56,857 bases of DNA, filler included, from Sphacelaria rigidula (GCA_964200075.2; 5 parts of 5 records of this genome joined end to end with filler, not necessarily neighbours in it), one strand, 5' to 3'. Shown: positions 37,601 to 50,440, counted from the first letter of the whole stretch. Notes: generated from the sequence alone by a model not told the origin. Numbers and translations: made by a program.

Positions 37601-40600
37601 TGTGCGCCACCGTGCTGGCTGCTCTCAAGTCCATGCCCCCCCTCCCGGATGCAGGAGGAGGTGGAGAGACATCCACGCCCCGACACAACATTGATCTGCC
37701 GTGGGTAACTGCCACAAGGCAAGGTCGATCGATGTCAGGTTATAATCCAGGGGTGTCTTGGGGTGCAGACGAGTTTCTTGCGGGCTTATATCGACGAGTG
37801 TGTTACTTGTGCCTTCGAAGATGCTTGAGTCAGCCTGCACGTCTGCTCCAGCCTTACCGGCGACACACGCCTTTACGTCGTGGGTCCAGTAACGCGATCG
37901 AAATGAATGAATGGTGTCGTGATATAATGTAGACTGGACCTCTGTGGTCGTGCCGGTGCGAAATATGAGTCAGCATTGGGGTGTCGGGGGTATCCAATAA
38001 TTCGGTGCTGGATCCTGGTGGACAACACAGTATCAGTCAGGGTTAACCAGGTGCCGTCAACTACGCCCGCGTCGGGAGAAACTTTCAGTTTTCCGGTGGA
38101 GGATGATACGCGTGCCGTGTTTTGTCGTTCACATTGATAATGCGAATAATATCGCTCACACCGTCTTGAAATTCAGAAGCAGGATTCTGAGGGGTAACCT
38201 ATGAATGTCATCTGTCTGGTATACACAGGGATGTGCTCCTGGAGCTATTATCTTCTGGAGACAGCATGATCAGGCGTTCCGCAGCGGAAAGCCTGGCTCT
38301 CATGGGACTCAAAGTAGGGGATGGGTACGCTGTCTACCTCGTGCAGGTGCGTGCGTGGTAGGTTTTAAGGTCACGGACGGGGTTCGATTAGGCGATATGT
38401 TGGGGCTACAGCCGTGGTCTGCTGAAGATGGCCCGATAAGCGCTCAGGGCGAGGTTCGATGCAAATCTGGAAGGTAGACTAGTTGGCGCTGTAGGTACAC
38501 CCATTATATGTGTATCTATCGTAGTGACGTGGTCATTTTTACAACTTTGTTCCCCGCTTGGCTCGGTCCCGGGACCTTGTGGAGGTTCGGAAATGCTGCT
38601 GACACATAAGGCCCGGAAGTGTGATGTTGGAAGATAGGAAACTGTTCCGTCCTGACCGTCAACTTCGTCTTTCACGGCAAAAATTCTGGGTACTGGTATG
38701 TACTCTGGTTGGTGGTTGTTGTTCCAGGACGTGCTTACATATATTCACGTATTCACGTATTCACGCAATAAGCACAGAAAAAAGTTCCGTTTTGCGCGCT
38801 TGCAGCATATTGCTCCTGCATTGCCAACAAAGGCTCATCGTTTACTTACGGGGTACGCTTTTTTGACGTTGTGCTAGGACCTGCTGAAAATACTGCGCAA
38901 GAAGCCGGAAAAGAAGAAAGCGTCTGAGAAAGACGCGGCCCTTGGCGCAAACCGGAGAGCTGGGGCGATGTTCGCATTGGCTTGCCTCAAGCGCATCATG
39001 GGAGGACAGGTGCGTACAGTGCGCGACGCGGAACACCACAGGTTGAGGACCCTGCATTTTCATGTCAGTACAATCGCCTGAGGAAAGAAATGCCACGTAG
39101 TAGGTTTGATTAAAGCAAATGCGACTGCTAATTCACCCGATGTCAATGAGCGAGTAGGAGTGCTGCACTCATCGCGTGATAGTAATACAAGTCAGGCACC
39201 CACGTATTGGTTACACTCTCAGCCCCCCAGTCCCGGGTTCTCCAACGGTGGGCGAATGAGGAAAACCACACTAGAAACGTAGAAGAGGGCCGAACCCTTT
39301 AAGGAACGAAAGTATGCCATTGTTTTGAGACAGCCGAAGCTACGGACGTGATCTTCCTCTGCTCGTATACGGCGACTCCGAAGTCGTGGTGGGTGGATGT
39401 ATGTGAGAGTACAGTTGAAGCGAAGTGGCTTTTCATGGGTTTTCTTTTCTACGCATGCTGGTGGTTCTGAAGTGGCTCTGGATTATCCAACCTGGCTGCG
39501 TACTCTGTCCTCGCCGCGTGTTCAGGTGGTTCTCAACTGGTTTTGGATGGATGTGCAGCGGGAGCTTGCTGTGGGGGGGGACGTGGTTCAGCCGGTCCGA
39601 ACTTGGGGGTTGCACTCGATCTCCCTTCTTGTCAAGGGGCTGGACGCGGAGAGCAACCCTACCCAGTACACAGAGGCAAGCTTCCATGTCAGCTTCGGCG
39701 TATATACTTTTCAATTTCAAGTAGGGACGTACGTGAGCGGTGGATACGGGTCCCGTACTCTGTTGTCATCATCGCGTCGAAACTTGACGTTTTCCCGTCA
39801 ATTTTCTTGAAGTAATGCTGGTCATTTTATTCCCCAACTTGGAACGTTGGTTTGTAACTTCCTTGTTTTCCAACCTCTCATGTTGTCAACCATTTCATGT
39901 CTCACGCTGTGTCAGATTCAAGAGATGGTCAAGTACCTGAACGGGGTAGTGGAGCTGCTGGAGGCGCACTTCCTTGGCTCTTGGACCGCTCCCACACTCC
40001 CACACTCAAAACGTGAGTCATTGGTATGGTATTCGTTGGCACCATGACATCACACTACAGAATTTGTTAACTGCGGCGCCAGGATCTCTGGATACCAAGT
40101 CTGCCATGATGAGTCGCTCTTACAGTACTTGATAGTACAACATATTTCACCCTCCAGTAATATGTGAATATCGAGCTTCCCAGCCCTGGTCAGCGCTTAC
40201 TTGACAGGACTGTAATCTCAATCCTCCAAGCCTTTGCACGTTAGACGCCCACTTGCTTCGACCTACAACACTTGCTTCGACCTACAACACCCTTGGCTAT
40301 TTGGGCGTACCGTCTGCTTGTGATGTCTTCCCGACACCCGAACCCGATCGAGTGGTGCCGGTTGCAAAAGCACCCACTCGATACGTGCACATCGCTGGCA
40401 CTATGTGAACAATAAGAAAACATCGCTTGTTGAAAAACGAACAATAATCCACACCTCATGATATCAAACATGCCCATTTTTTTCAAACATGAAAGCGTCG
40501 AGAATTCAAAGCCCAAGTGTAGCGCTAATGGTGATGTTGTTGCAGGTAGCTCGGGTGCATCGACCTCGTCTGCCGTTTCGCTTCGGGAGGGCCAAGCCTT

Positions 40601-43600
40601 GTGTGTCGATGTGCCAGGACTGGCGTCCGCTCTGGCTGAACTGCTGTGCACTCTGCTTCCTGTACTTCAGGTGATTATGCAATTCGACCGTTGGCAAAAC
40701 GATTGGCACTACGGGGTTCCCGTGTCACTTGCTACAATACATCATAACCACTCACCCACCCGCCCACCCGATGTTAATCGGGTGTCTTCTTGTCTTCCAA
40801 ATGGCTGTACATGATTGCCCTGTCTGATTGATGAATAACTGACTGAGTAATTGTCGTACAAAATCTGATCCGCTACGACTCCGTGGTAGCGACAGAGACA
40901 CGTAGCCTTACCGAAGGTGGAATAGTCAGGGGCACTGTGGACTTCCTTCACCTCTGGCCAATGTTCGTCTTCATTCTGCTGGGGCATCGCTTATCCCCGA
41001 GCAACATTCTCCACGTGTGTATTCATATGTGTCGATGTGTAATGCGCTTCTCGGGACAATCATCGTGCTTACTCTACTTTGCTAATATCTTGATACCGTG
41101 TGTGCTACAGGCCCTTCAGCCGTCTCGACAGATGGTGTCGCGGTTCCTGGCAATGTGGGGCATCCTCCGTCACTACCTAGACTCTAGAGTGACCCACGGG
41201 TGAGCGCAATATTTTTACGTTGCTGCTGCTGCAGCTGCTGCTGGTGCTGTTGCAGGGACTTGTCGAGGGGTTTATGCGTGGTGGTCGTGGGTATCACGTG
41301 CACGAAAGTACTCTTTTTTGATCTGTTGATTACTCTTTTTTCACCAGTTCGTATCCATACAGTTGGTGCCCATACGGCACAACACTTTTACGGCAAGCGT
41401 GAATTCATATGCTTTCATGATTTTATCGTTACAAATGTTCTGTTCCTGTCGCCATCGCTTTTCATCGTTTGATCCCTTCTGTGTTTTTGGCAGATGCTTG
41501 GAGCTGGTGGAGCTACTTGCCATGTTCGCTCCTGCTGACGTCCCTGATGCTCTACCAGAGATCATGCCCTTTGTGCAGGTCAACACAAGAGGGGCATGTT
41601 AAGGCCGTTTTTCATTACATCAACACGTATACTATTGTTGACATTATTTTTCATTGTTTTGTTATCGGTATATCCTTCGTTTTATGTGTTTTTCGTTACC
41701 TTGAGTACAGGTCTTGTTCACTTGTGGCCATTTTTGTCGAGAATGATGGGAATTGGTCGGTAGGAAAACGTGCGTCCCGACCATTTGTTTGGCCAATCGG
41801 AATGGAGTTGATCCGAAGGATGGTTACAATTCCATGCTGATATCGTAACCTTATGAAAGCTTAGCACATGAGGAGAAGTGGCGATCGATCACGTTGCCAC
41901 TTTGTTCCCCCCTTCATGTTGAATGAAAACATTGTTGATCACTTCTTTTGTGATATTTTCGTGCGCGACGTACGTATTTTTGACTCCTTCAAGGGTGTCC
42001 TCCGTGAAGGCGTAGGTGGGACATCTCCGGAGTGCCTCGTGCGCGCGGCCATGTGCGTTAAGCTTGTAGCTGGAAGAGCGCCGGAGGCTGTAGAGGGCTA
42101 CAGACCTGAGGTACGGTTGGTGTACCTTAGTCATATAGTTACGCTACGTAAGAAAGTTCATGTTCCGATTATGACTTGGCACGACGGTCATGGTAGTTCC
42201 CTTGCGTGTTGATTTCGCGGGGAGGGTGCAATCTTCCGAACCCGCATCGGCTGCTTGTTCCAGTCCGCCGAATCCGTACTTATTCACACGTGTCTCATCT
42301 TCATGGCTACAGGGTTGAGTCTGGAGTTCAAAACTGCCGGCATGGCCCACGGGCTAGTTTGCGTGTTGCATCATCGGTGACACAAAATACAAACTGCGTA
42401 TGAAATGTTGCAGGTTCGAGGTGTTGAGCGTGTTGATTGTACGCGCTTGTGCTTGGTTAGATCTGATGCGTACGTATGCGCATTAACATATGATAATTTT
42501 CCTCAACCTTGCAGCACTATCGGCTGTCGATGAGAATAACGGTCCTTAATATCTTGTTTTTCGCCCCACATGCCGTCGTACCCTTGCGGGAACTAGTTAT
42601 TGTAATGACGTTGCTCAAGGCATGCTTCTACGTACCGTTTCGTTGTCCGAAGCTCTTGTGTTGATTTCATCTCCCGAAGAAGTTAGGCGGCTAGCTGCAA
42701 GACCATAGTGTTGTTCCCCCCACATCATCGGTGAGTAAGGTGCGTATCGATAACCAGAGCCCTTAAGGACCTGTATGGGCATCGTGAGCTACGGTGCCTA
42801 AACATAATATAGGCTATGGATGTGGACACGTCGTCTTCGTCCTTACTGGCAACGGCAATGTGGATATGCATAGTGCATGGTGCATGACTGTCACGATCAC
42901 TGGAGGCCTCTTGATTTCCTCGGCCCAGCGAATTAGCACAGGCGCCCCGCACGACAGAAGCAACATGATTATTTCAACACGCTTTAGATAGACAGCATGC
43001 CAGCAGGTGTTAGCTCTTGAGAGGTCAATCCATACCATTCTGAAGAGGAAATATCGAAGTATGCTCACAATAACCCATGAAACTCGTGGTTTGCTGCAGC
43101 TCTCCGCCTGCTGTATCAGTAGCTGTACGCTTCCGTCCAGCACTTCCCCCTGTCGACATGCAAGTCCTTTGACCTCGCTCGGCGCCCTCTCTCCTGCGGA
43201 AGCGAGCAGAGTGCACAGAAGGCTATGTGTGTACCCCCCTTCAATTGTTCCAGCGTTGACGATCAGGTGGGGGGTGCTGCACCCACCGCGTGGCGGTACA
43301 AGGCAGGCAGCCAAGTGTTGAATACACTCTTTCAGCCTCCAGTGCTCATTCCAAAAGCCGGCTTGGGTATGGAAATAAGATGAAATGAGTTCTTACTCGA
43401 ACCCCCCGACTGTACCTTGCTTGGGCAGCTGGAACTGTATCAGTGCTTGGAGAGTGTACTAGGCTCTCTGACGTGGGAAGGTGCTCCAACTTGGCGAGGA
43501 GTGGTCATCAGCCGCGATGTGGAGAGGCACTTCGGCGTGAGAGTAGATGCGGCGAGACAGGTGCCGTTTCAGTTGTTGTTGTTTTTCGGTGCTCGGCAAC

Positions 43601-44846
43601 CTGTAGCCTGCGTATATTCTCGTCGACGGCCGATCTGTCCGTTTCCATGCATACTGTCAAAGGAGGAGAGCTGCGAAGCACAATCGTGGACCTGCTCTTG
43701 CCTGTCCGCGGGTTACACGACCATTTTGGGTTCAAATATCTGGGGGACCTGGGGGACCCAGCCACGTTTTTCGCCATTTGTTTCGCACATCTCCGCTCGG
43801 GAGGAGCTGGACGATTTGCTTTTCAAGTGGAATTGTACATGGCAATGTAGATCAGGTTGACTTGAGGATCTAGATAAAACACCCTGCTGATCTCGGTAAG
43901 CAGTCGGCCCATATGACTGTTGACAGCTAGTTTTTTTACAGAACTGGTGCTTTCGTCGAGCATGTGCTTTGAGGTTCTAAGCTTGATGCCGTAGGATAGA
44001 GCAGTGCTCAGCTTAGTGGGACGTGAAATCGCCTATATACCCTACGCTGGGTGTTGATAGTGACTGCTGGAGAAAACGCGTATCGAAAATTTGGAACCAC
44101 ATTTGTGATCGCCGCGAAATTGTACTCTTGCTCAATTTTTTGGCCACGGAGTCGCATTTGCCGAAATCACTGTACTGCCGTTGAGTATGAGATTCAAGTC
44201 CCAACAATGCCAACGCTATTCCGAGTTCGCTCCACCGCTTTTTCTTGCTCGCGAACCTCTGAGTCATTATATGAAAACTCACACAAACGTGCGCTCAACT
44301 CTGCGTCGGCCCACAGCCAGGCAGTTCACCCGAAGCGCCTCTGTGCCGCATTGCTGCTCGGCACGTGACAGTGCCAACCGTCAACGTGATGGCATGTGTT
44401 TGTATTGGTCCAAACACGCGTCCTCGTTCCGGCGAGCAGAAGGAGTAGCAGCAGCTGCTCAGCATTGTCGTGTCATTACAACTGTCTTCGGTTCTCATGT
44501 ACCCCCGGAATATGTTGGCTCAAACTCTGTTGTTCTCATTTTCCCTTCACGACCACCTTCCGTTTGCCCGGTAATGAGCGTCTTCCCCCTCCTCCTCCTC
44601 CTCCCCGGCAACCGGATGCACCTGCTTTTGCTAGTTGGCGAATCGTGTTTGTGGTGTCACCAGTGAGCTCCCTCACGTTTTTGTGCCTTTTGCACCAAGT
44701 ATATGAGGCTGACCTTGACCTGTGTTGTGCTTGAATTGTCTCAGCTGGAGGTGGCGATCGAGACGGTGGTTGGGGTGGATCAGGCAGGATACCGCCCGCT
44801 GCACTGGCTGCTCTTGGGGAAAGCCCTCGTTGTGGGAACAGGACAC
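34476..44846 (+). CDS. HEATR5: HEAT repeat-containing protein 5 family (HEATR5/Laa1/SWEETIE; AP-1 accessory factor), internal 12-exon portion
   Basis: Twelve phase-compatible exons. Motifs occur in the same order as in HEATR5B: LNVCATVLAALK, IRRSAAESLALM, MFALACLKRIMGG, VRTWGLHSISLLV, LLPVLQ, CLELVELLAMFAP, LVRAAMCVKLVA, LHWLLLGKALV. Start and end of the gene lie outside this piece. Confidence 0.88.
37537..37718 (+). CDS. HEATR5: HEATR5-like exon 2 (GC donor)
   Basis: caacag|VLLSEEDRKKRERRHRIALLNVCATVLAALKSMP...LPWVTAT(R)|gcaagg; phase 0/2. Confidence 0.82.
38229..38346 (+). CDS. HEATR5: HEATR5-like exon 3
   Basis: acacag|(R)DVLLELLSSGDSMIRRSAAESLALMGLKVGDGYAVYLVQ|gtgcgt; typical HEAT helix pair; phase 2/0. 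Confidence 0.88.
38878..39009 (+). CDS. HEATR5: HEATR5-like exon 4
   Basis: tgctag|DLLKILRKKPEKKKASEKDAALGANRRAGAMFALACLKRIMGGQ|gtgcgt; phase 0/0. Confidence 0.88.
39526..39675 (+). CDS. HEATR5: HEATR5-like exon 5 (3' boundary uncertain)
   Basis: gttcag|VVLNWFWMDVQRELAVGGDVVQPVRTWGLHSISLLVKGLDAESNPTQYTE|gcaagc. Alternative phase-0 GT donors exist 12-57 nt downstream. Confidence 0.8.
39916..40012 (+). CDS. HEATR5: HEATR5-like exon 6
   Basis: tgtcag|IQEMVKYLNGVVELLEAHFLGSWTAPTLPHSK(R)|gtgagt; phase 0/1. Confidence 0.85.
40546..40670 (+). CDS. HEATR5: HEATR5-like exon 7
   Basis: ttgcag|(R)SSGASTSSAVSLREGQALCVDVPGLASALAELLCTLLPVLQ|gtgatt; phase 1/0. Confidence 0.83.
41111..41199 (+). CDS. HEATR5: HEATR5-like exon 8
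   Basis: ctacag|ALQPSRQMVSRFLAMWGILRHYLDSRVTH(G)|gtgagc; phase 0/2. Confidence 0.83.
41494..41578 (+). CDS. HEATR5: HEATR5-like exon 9
   Basis: tggcag|(G)CLELVELLAMFAPADVPDALPEIMPFVQ|gtcaac; matches HEATR5 CLQQLHMFAP; phase 2/0. Confidence 0.88.
41994..42110 (+). CDS. HEATR5: HEATR5-like exon 10
   Basis: ttcaag|GVLREGVGGTSPECLVRAAMCVKLVAGRAPEAVEGYRPE|gtacgg; phase 0/0. Confidence 0.82.
43429..43560 (+). CDS. HEATR5: HEATR5-like exon 11
   Basis: gggcag|LELYQCLESVLGSLTWEGAPTWRGVVISRDVERHFGVRVDAARQ|gtgccg; phase 0/0. Confidence 0.78.
44745..44846 (+). CDS. HEATR5: HEATR5-like exon 12
   Basis: tctcag|LEVAIETVVGVDQAGYRPLHWLLLGKALVVGTGH|gtgaga; matches HEATR5 LSHWLMLCKDVL; phase 0/0. Confidence 0.82.
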
Positions 44847-45468
44847 GTGAGAGTCGAAATAGAAAATAGTCACCGTCGGACACTGGGGAGTGTTGTGGTT
44901 CCAGTAGTTTGGATCGAATCAAACACTTGAAAAATCCACCGCTGTGGGCGTAGGGTTCAAGCTTGCTTATTCGTGGTCAATAGCTTTCAATGTGACGGGA
45001 CGCCGTAGATGACGCGGAATAGCCCCTTCGCCCCCTGCGATATATTTTAGCAATGTCAAACTTCTTAGCAGATACCCATCTGGACTACCGGAGATCTTGC
45101 ACACGCAAATGTAGACGGCTTTTTTTGCAACGCCCAATTCCGTCGTTATCGATGCATTTGCCCTTGAGAGAATGGAGGCTAGTGTGTGTTCGAGGGCGAC
45201 TGTATTCCCCCGTACTAACGGTGCGTAGTCAATATCGTATATGCTACAGTTACTTGCATACTCTGGTTCCCCGACTTGGAAAAAAATATAGATCACGCCC
45301 GAAACCTTTTTTGTCGAGGCAACACGGCAAGTGGGCGAATGAAATGTTGCCGTTGTTCAAACACTCCGATTTGCCGACTCGGCAATGGTTCCTGAGCAAT
45401 GCTACGGTAGGGGTGCACTTTTTTCGCGAAATTTTGTCTGGTTCAGGGGCTCCTAACGCTTCTAGACG

Positions 45469-45568
45469 NNNNNNNNNNNNNNNNNNNNNNNNNNNNNNNN
45501 NNNNNNNNNNNNTTAATTAATTAANNNNNNNNNNNNNNNNNNNNNNNNNNNNNNNNNNNNNNNNNNNN
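45469..45568. other. Artificial contig-joining spacer
   Basis: 44 N + TTAATTAATTAA + 44 N. Confidence 0.99.
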
Positions 45569-45569
45569 A

Positions 45570-46430
45570 GAAGTCGTCACCACGTCTCCGGTGTTGAAGT
45601 GTGCGTTAAAAGGGATTGCGAGATCGCATGCTGACACAGGCACGTGCCGTCGAACTCGCCTTCCGGTCACATGGCAGATGTTGTCGGACGGAGAATGTTT
45701 GATCCCATCGTGGGGCGTTGGGGGAAAGGTGCTGTGGCTTTGCTTGAGCTTGAGCTATTTTTTGCTCACACGGTCGGACTAGATGTTTGCGAGTACGTCG
45801 GGGGTGGTACATTCAGCGCATTGTCTTCCACGTAGGGACGTGGCGTATTTTTCAGGGGATACCCAGCTGGAGTATTTGCAGTGGCGCCAGGCTGACAGGA
45901 TAGAGATACATTTCCGCGGCCACAAAGGGGATCAGGAGCAGAGGGGCGAAGTAAGGGTCCGTACGCGAGAAGAAGTTCGTGGTCCGCATGCGGGGTACAG
46001 AGCAGACGACGGTGCAGTTGCTCTGATGTTGGAGTTGTTGTCATGCTACGCGACATTGCCCGCAGACGCTCCATTATCTTCTTACCGCTATGGTCGGGAA
46101 GTCAAAGTATGGGAGTACAACAAGGCACTTCGAGTGTTGAGAGAGGTAGTCGAGAAGTCGGGTCGCAACCCGAAAGACTTTGCTTTACACTAGTTGAGGA
46201 TCGGAGGGACATCCACTATGGTAGTAGGGGGAGAAATATCAGATCGAGTAGCGCAGAGGGAAGGAAGGTGGAAGTCAGATGCATACAAGGCGTACTCTGT
46301 AAACAACATAGAAGACTCGCGATGAGTATCGCGCATTCTTGGGTATAAGAAAAGGAGAGTTAGTAGACAACCAGGGGAAGGAACTGCGTGGGGGACTAAC
46401 AAGAAGAGGCGGCGAATTCCGATGCAGTGA
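45570..46430 (+). mobile_element. Degenerate tyrosine recombinase ORF of a YR retrotransposon (DIRS/Ngaro type)
   Basis: One intronless frame with the catalytic set: R (LLTRSD*MF), K (GHKGDQ), HxLR (FALH*LRIGG), W (EGRWKSDA) and Y (YKAY), plus upstream LKGIAR...RLPVTW. In-frame stops at 45780, 46191 and 46323. 5' part removed by the spacer. Confidence 0.9.
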
Positions 46431-46536
46431 AAACTCCACAACCTCGATATGGGTGAAGGGATGGTAGAGTACCATTTGGGGACTTGGTCGTTTGAGATTT
46501 TCACGTACGTTAGGAGCGTTTATGTATCCCCCTGGT

Positions 46537-46766
46537 TGTTCTAAGGGAGAGAGAAACAGTTTTCATGAGCAGAGACACGATAGTCTATGGCAGAAGGATT
46601 TAGAGATCGTGCCCTGTAAGCAGTCGTCTCTCTCTCTCTCTTGCCTTCGGGCCCGAAAATATAAGTGAAAAGGCAATTCGAAAGAAAAGCAATAAACAAC
46701 AGCTTGAACGTAGTCATAAATGCGTAAATTCTTGTTTCACCCACAATCCTCTCGCTCGTCGCAACA
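46537..46766 (+). mobile_element. Possible solo LTR or terminal repeat
   Basis: TGTT...AACA termini, 230 bp, internal AATAAA near 46691. No matching TSD. Confidence 0.3.
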
Positions 46767-48654
46767 ACCCCTGTCCGAAGTTGGACATGTAACTCGGCAC
46801 CTGCATCATCTTGTGACGGTGATGATATGGACACGAGAACCTAGACTACTTTCTATGTCATGGTCATTGTGACTTCACCGTTCGTAGCAGCACAATCTCA
46901 CATATTCCCGCTCAACGGCGGGGAGCAAAACCAAACATACGCTGTCTTGAAAGTTGAGAACAACAGAGAGTCTCGGAAGATTTTTTTCGCACAGGGTTAG
47001 GATCGAAACGGAAGGGGAGGAAACCGGTGATAGTACAGAAATCCACTCTAAAGATAATTCAGCGCCAACGGTTCAGGTTCGAACCCCTGTTTGGAGGACT
47101 CTGTACTGAAATCCGATAGGCCTCTTCAGCCCGTAGTACCAATCGAAAAGAACCCCCACCACACCCACCACCACTGTCACAGCCAACCACGTCCTACGTT
47201 CCCCCCCCCAAAAAAAACAGCCCAAAAGTGTCACGAAAGAAATGGCCGTAGAGCGCCTGATGATTGGGTTCAGGCTGCATGAATCGCCTCATATTGGCGG
47301 CGAGAACGAACCCAAGCGTGGCAATTCCCAGCTGCTCGTTGTGCTCGGTTTTTTCCGTTTCGATTTACGTGAAGATGTTTCCTTCCCAAACCATGCACTT
47401 CGGGGGGAGGGGGAGGGGGGGGGGGTATCGTAGAAAGCGTCGCTAGCTCACAACCAATATACCCGGAACGAGATAAGTAGGAAACCCATCACAAATGTCA
47501 TTCCTATCAGAATGGATCATTCACGAAGTAGCACCACTTGGCATCGCAGACAGGGAGCCTCCCTGCCGCCGCGATGGTGTCAGCATTCACTTGGTTGTGT
47601 TGCGTGAAAGTTAAGTTCTCAGCGCGCACAAGACTTCGCCTTGGGTGTAGCTCCTCACGATATTGCCAATCTCAGCTGGAAGAAGACGGTGTGAGCGATT
47701 CGTAGTCTATGGCGCACAAGCAGTATTGCACCTGGCTGCACTGCCATTCCGTTAGAGATTGTGACGTCTTGCACCACCTTATGGATGGCATGTTGCAATC
47801 TCGTTGCCATGCGCCTTTGTCTGCTCTTCGGAAGTGCTGCCATGCTGGATGTACCATACCGCTGTGCCATACCGTACTGCGATGCACCGTGGGTTCCTGC
47901 AGTGCACTGTGCTGTACTCTATGCTGTACAGTGCTAGTGAAGGTGTGTTACGGATTTATTGGTAATTTTCCAGTCGACTAGGTCCCATGTGTCATACTTT
48001 GTTATGCTTGGTATCCGACTGTTTACCCTGATGTCTTTACAATGTTTTGGGACTAGCATCTCAACTAGCACAGCAGCAATTAGCCTGTTCGCTGATCATA
48101 CAAGAAGCATCTGCGCCATCTACGGTAGTGCTTCTCAGAGGTGTCGCTGGTCTTCGTCTGAAGTAAGCCTGACTCGCATGCAGCGGATGCTGCTTTGAGC
48201 ACTCGAAAGACAACAGGCAGCACGTTTTGACTACACATATGACAACTTGCAGCCCCTTCGCTGCTGAGCATGATGTGAATACTCGAACTCGGCCGACTCG
48301 GGGCACTTGAATGTATCCGAGCACAATAGTGCTCGAGTGCCTACGGACTGGCACCTTTTCACCTCTAGACGCTCACCAACGGTTCGCGACATGGTGCCCA
48401 ATCCGTCATAAAACATGTACTGCATGATGCTTCCATACCTGCATGGTAGCGGTCACCCCGCTTCAACCTAAATAAAAAACGTAGGAGGGTGGTTTTGGTG
48501 TTATAGCGTAATATTTCCGTCTTGTACAGAATAAACGGTAAGCCCGTAAGCTACCGCTCGTCAAACCTCTGCACCATCTGTATTGCGTGCTACGGTGTGT
48601 TGTACCTTGGGGATTTCTTTGATCTACCTTCGCACAGCCTGTACAAAATAGATC

Positions 48655-50440
48655 ATCCTGTGCCCAGGGCGCTTCCAATTTCATTTGTTTTTCGATGTTG
48701 TGACGTTACGGTCTTGGGTTGCGGCGGTGAAACCGGAGTGGTTTCGGCTGGGCCCTTACTAGAAGTGGCTCTAAAATGAAGGTCTGCCGCACGCACCCGG
48801 TGTATGATAAATGTGTCGTCGCACGGAAGTGCAAAGTTGTATTGAAGCATAAACAGTGTTCGTGTTATCGCCGTCGCCCTACATTCGCAAGGGCTCGCAG
48901 CAAGCCGGCACTGAGACACGAGCCGTTTCCCGGCAAATTCCCTCTAGTTCGTCCCGCACTAGTCCCAGCAACTACCGTGCCTGCTTTCAAGTGCACGTAC
49001 AGGACTTACTTCCCGATATACCATAGACTATAAGTTGCAGACTGCTCTTTCTCGGGCAGGCAGGAGACAACGTCAAGCGTCAAGCAGCTGCACGCTGGAC
49101 CGAGGGGCCCCATATGGGGAAACGACGGCACCCCCCCCCCTCTCCCCCCAGGTCGCCCAAACCTCACTCTGGGACCGTAGGAGGGAAGGGGGGGGGGACC
49201 ACCGGGTACCCTACTTGAGGAGGGGACATATCCCCCTGATCGATGGATAATGGCGATAGTAGTTGCTGTGTGTGTGCGCATCGATCTTTGAACACAGATC
49301 CATGTACGGTACATGAAATACGCTGCTTTCTGCTGTGTTTGACACTGCGTACCAACCGCGGCCTGACGCCTTCGGCGGTACTACCTGCTCATTGCACAGC
49401 GGCAGGGTGCAGGGTGACAAAGCACACCATAGGACGTCACATCCTTCGCCTATCCCTCTCCTGCATTGATTTCGCGCTGATCTATGCAGTTCGCCACATC
49501 ATGAATGCGGCCGCTTGTATCTACGGCCAACGTGTACGCAGGACATCACCCCTAGCTACGCGCTATATCGCTACGCCACATTTTGAAAAGCTGTCCGTGT
49601 TGCAGCTACAGCGTGCGTTTGGCCCAGGTGGCGCACGCAGGAGTGAAAGGCCGCCTGCGCCGCCGTAATGGCTGCCTGTGGTTTGGGCAAAGCTATATGA
49701 TAACACAGCCGCTATGACGCGAAAGTCGCCTGTAGCATTCCACATCGGGGGAGATTTTTACACACGGTTGTCTCGAAGTGTAGCGTTGCAGTTACCGAGT
49801 TGAAGTACGAGCACTACCCGTACAGTATTACACAAATTACAGTCGGCAAGATATTGTATACTGTCCAATTCAACCTAACGGTCGTTGGGCGAACTGCGGG
49901 TGAGGAAATCGCCGAAATATTCAACTGCAAACTCTGTTCCAGTGCACGGTAGGTTGATATCGCTAGAAGGATACTGCCATAACCACCTTCCGGCTGCCAG
50001 ACTGTCAGAACGTAGGATCCGCTAGCATTGCTACTGTCTGTACGGGGACGTTGCACCCTTGTCGGGTACGTGGGCAAGGGTCCGTGGCAGAACGTAGTGG
50101 TCGTATCAAGCAGCTGCACGCTGGGCGTTCTCATTCGAAACTTAGATTTGGAAGATGATACTAGCTAGGCAGCAGTAGCTGTTGTGTGTCCAGGTGCCCC
50201 TTGGAGCAAGAGGCGTTTGGTGTCTGTTTGACAACGTTTTCCCCCCCAAAATGAAATCAATAGAGAATTTAGAGTGGAAGAATCTAGCAAAAATAAACTC
50301 GCAGAAATCGAGTCGCGAAAGTCAAATCGCAAAACCCCTGTCGCCAAAATCAAGTCGCCAAAATCAAGTCGCAGAAAACCGGTTCGTCGAATTTTTACCC
50401 AGAGCAGAAACCAAGTTCACTTCATGAAATTGGAATGCGT
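48655..50440. repeat. Copy 1 of a ~1.8-2 kb diverged repeat (unclassified non-autonomous element or local duplication)
   Basis: Three collinear blocks (about 48655-48790, 49340-49710, 49890-50440) match about 53633-53757, 54399-54767 and 55030-55600 in direct orientation. Contains ~13-14 bp subrepeats AAAATCAAGTCGC at 50290-50380. Confidence 0.85.

Noticed and set aside
47060..47095. B-box-like GGTTCGAACCC suggesting a tRNA or SINE
   Set aside because: No A box or cloverleaf could be built around it.
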